Source of the DNA: an uncultured Actinomycetes bacterium
GTDB taxonomy: Bacteria; Actinomycetota; CADDZG01; JAHWKV01
DNA length: 64,000 bases
Direction of reading: 5' to 3'
Assembly: GCA_964501265.1 (NCBI GenBank)
Contig: CAZCSK010000005.1
Coordinates: 1,944-65,943, forward strand
The stretch's first letter is position 1, and every line of letters starts with the position of its first letter. The translations under genes and the position numbers were made by a program. The notes under the pieces were generated by a model, which saw only the letters and a program-made list of their open reading frames with translations, searched no databases and had not been told where the DNA came from. This document shows positions 62,299 to 64,000 of the stretch, piece after piece.

Positions 62299-62838
62299 CT
62301 ACCCCCAAGCGGAGGAGATTCAGGACTGCTTTAGTCGTCACGGAGTTCGTTACCTTTTTATAGGCAAGGCGGGGGCGATTCTGTTGGGATTTCCCGATAC
62401 CACCAAGACGCTGACCTTTTTGTCGATAAGACAAAGCAAAATGCCGCTGCCTTAGTCGACGCGCTTTCAGATCTCGGATTTGAACTCACCGATCAGCAAG
62501 CAGGCGAGATCCGCGGCAGCGGGGGGCCCGGGGGGGTAGCAGCCCCCTTAGGTACGGACCCGGGCGCGCCAGAAGCTGCGAACCCCCCGAAGTCAGATAA
62601 AGACTTTATTCAACTAAAGAACGGCCCATTCGACCTTGACTTGATTTTTGCCCCGGACGGTATTGAAAACTTTGAGCAGGCATGGCTTCGCAGGGTTGAG
62701 GTGGAAGGCTTTCCGATATGCCATCCGGATGACATCATCGCAAGTAAGGAGGCCGCCAACCGCGCCCGAGATCGAGAGAGCCTCCCGCGCCTCAGAGCCT
62801 TTCGAGATTACTGGTTACGACAGCCGAGGGATTCGTAA
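62282..62838 (+). pseudogene. Nucleotidyltransferase-like protein with one frameshift and an in-frame element insertion
   Basis: YLFIGK.GAIL.G...T(Q)DADL restored by adding one C near 62404. C-terminal II.SK.AANR..D...L. Confidence 0.75.
62520..62596 (+). repeat. G-rich palindromic element, copy F (in-frame)
   Basis: CGGGGGGCCCGGGGGGGTAGCAGCCCCCTTAGGTACGGACCCGGGCGCGCCAGAAGCTGCGAACCCCCCGAAGTCAG. Confidence 0.93.
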
Positions 62839-62842
62839 GACT

Positions 62843-63967
62843 TCAAAAGAGCGGCCTGGCGGCGATGAATACGACCGTTGCCACGAACAGGCCGGCCCCC
62901 GACATCGCCGCCAGGAAGACCCTCAGGGCCCGGCGGGACAAGGGCAGCCTGCCGTAGACTGCGAACAAAGGGAACAGAGCCAGCACAAAACGCGGAACTG
63001 CCATCGCCGGCCTGGGCGCGAACGGCGTTGACAGAACCAAAAGAAGAATCGCTGCTCCGTAGAGCGCCATAGCCCATCCCGTCAGACGATCTTTGAGACC
63101 TCGGCGGACCAGCACGACCAGCACGATGCCAAAGAGGAGTGCCACTAGATCGAACAATAAATAAGGCAGAAGAGATGAGTTGGCGAACTCGAACGGGACT
63201 GTGAAACTTCTGATCAGCGTGGCACCGAAGAAGGTAGGGCTGCGTTGCCAGATCGATTGAACGTTTATGGCTGCAAGTGGATCCCCTGTCCTTAATGCCG
63301 CAAATGCTCCCCACGCGAGTGCGCCGGCAATCGGCCCCGCGGGCGCTAACCATCGTCCACGTCCCCGCGCCCTATAGGCATAGGCCAATAACGGTATTAC
63401 CATGAAGATGCCGAAGGGCCGGGAGAGTGCGGCAACTGCGCCGGCCACGCCGGCCAGCTTGAAGCGCCCGGACGCCGCTGCAAGAAGCGCTCCTGAACCC
63501 GCCGCTAGGAGCATGCATTCGCCGTAGGGAGCAATCAAGAAGAAGGAAGTCGGGAACAGGGCGAGACCGACTACCCCTGCACGCGCTGCGGCTGAAGTAG
63601 AGGCCATTTCGATCCACCGATGCAGGAAAACAAAGCCCGCCAAGATCGCGCCGCTTGCTACCACCAAACCAGCAACCAGTTCGCTCGGCATGAAGAAGCC
63701 AACAACTCTCGTCGCCAGGGGAAAAGCGGGAAAGAAAGCGAAGGTGGCCAACGAATCTCCGTAGCCGTGTTTTGCGATCTTTAAATACCAAAGCGCATCG
63801 GCTCGCAGCCACGCCTCGAAGAAAGCGTGCGTCTCGGGCGGTTCGTATCCGGGCACCGGGACGGTGACTCCGGCGGGTACATAGTTGATCGAGTAAAAGG
63901 CCGCCGCAGTCACGATCAGCTGCAGAGCAAGCCAGGCAATGAGCCCCCAACGAAGGGCGGATTTCAT
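62843..63967 (-). CDS. GT-C membrane mannosyltransferase-like protein (PIG-V-like)
   Basis: DA.WYL.IA..GY, AFFP..P, FP.SFFL.A.Y.E, SRP.G, PRF.L.LFP. Confidence 0.8.
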   Translation of the reverse strand: MKSALRWGLIAWLALQLIVTAAAFYSINYVPAGVTVPVPGYEPPETHAFFEAWLRADALWYLKIAKHGYGDSLATFAFFPAFPLATRVVGFFMPSELVAGLVVASGAILAGFVFLHRWIEMASTSAAARAGVVGLALFPTSFFLIAPYGECMLLAAGSGALLAAASGRFKLAGVAGAVAALSRPFGIFMVIPLLAYAYRARGRGRWLAPAGPIAGALAWGAFAALRTGDPLAAINVQSIWQRSPTFFGATLIRSFTVPFEFANSSLLPYLLFDLVALLFGIVLVVLVRRGLKDRLTGWAMALYGAAILLLVLSTPFAPRPAMAVPRFVLALFPLFAVYGRLPLSRRALRVFLAAMSGAGLFVATVVFIAARPLF

Positions 63968-64000
63968 GCCGACGAGGTTATGCGATTAAACCCTCGAAAA

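Noticed and set aside
41851-62404. Programmed frameshifting at the DUF222 and nucleotidyltransferase breaks
   Set aside because: No slippery heptamers. Each break is fixed by adding one base to a short C or G run, which fits sequencing error or simple decay.

Overview
High-GC Actinomycetota-type chromosomal window, mostly housekeeping. It holds the dcw cluster (mraZ to a truncated murC), a LexA-boxed DUF6504-dnaE2-dinB mutagenesis operon, an ECF sigma pair, mazEF, thiamine genes behind a TPP riboswitch, metE, glpK, pfkA, copZA with a CsoR-type operator, and MEP/prenyl genes (ispG, ispH, polyprenyl synthase, uppS). The most unusual signal is a dispersed ~76-80 nt G-rich palindromic element, consensus GGGGGG(TTC/CCC)GGGGGGGTAGCAGCC-N18-GGCGCGCCAGAAGCTGCGAACCCCCCGAATCAA. 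I see 6 near-complete copies and about 5 half copies. Most lie in-frame inside proteins (FtsW, polyprenyl synthase, a nucleotidyltransferase, a zinc-ribbon protein, probably MurG; remnants in MurF, FtsL, DUF1232), in both orientations and three reading frames, recalling Rickettsia palindromic elements. The window also has a REP-associated tyrosine transposase (RAYT) flanked by its own inverted REP-like repeats. It is a candidate but unproven mobiliser. Other points: a small membrane ORF between mraZ and rsmH, an McdR-like site upstream of dcw, an oxidase with no canonical start, and several single-base frameshifts that may be sequencing errors. No tRNA, rRNA or CRISPR was seen. All calls come from reading the sequence; no searches were run.
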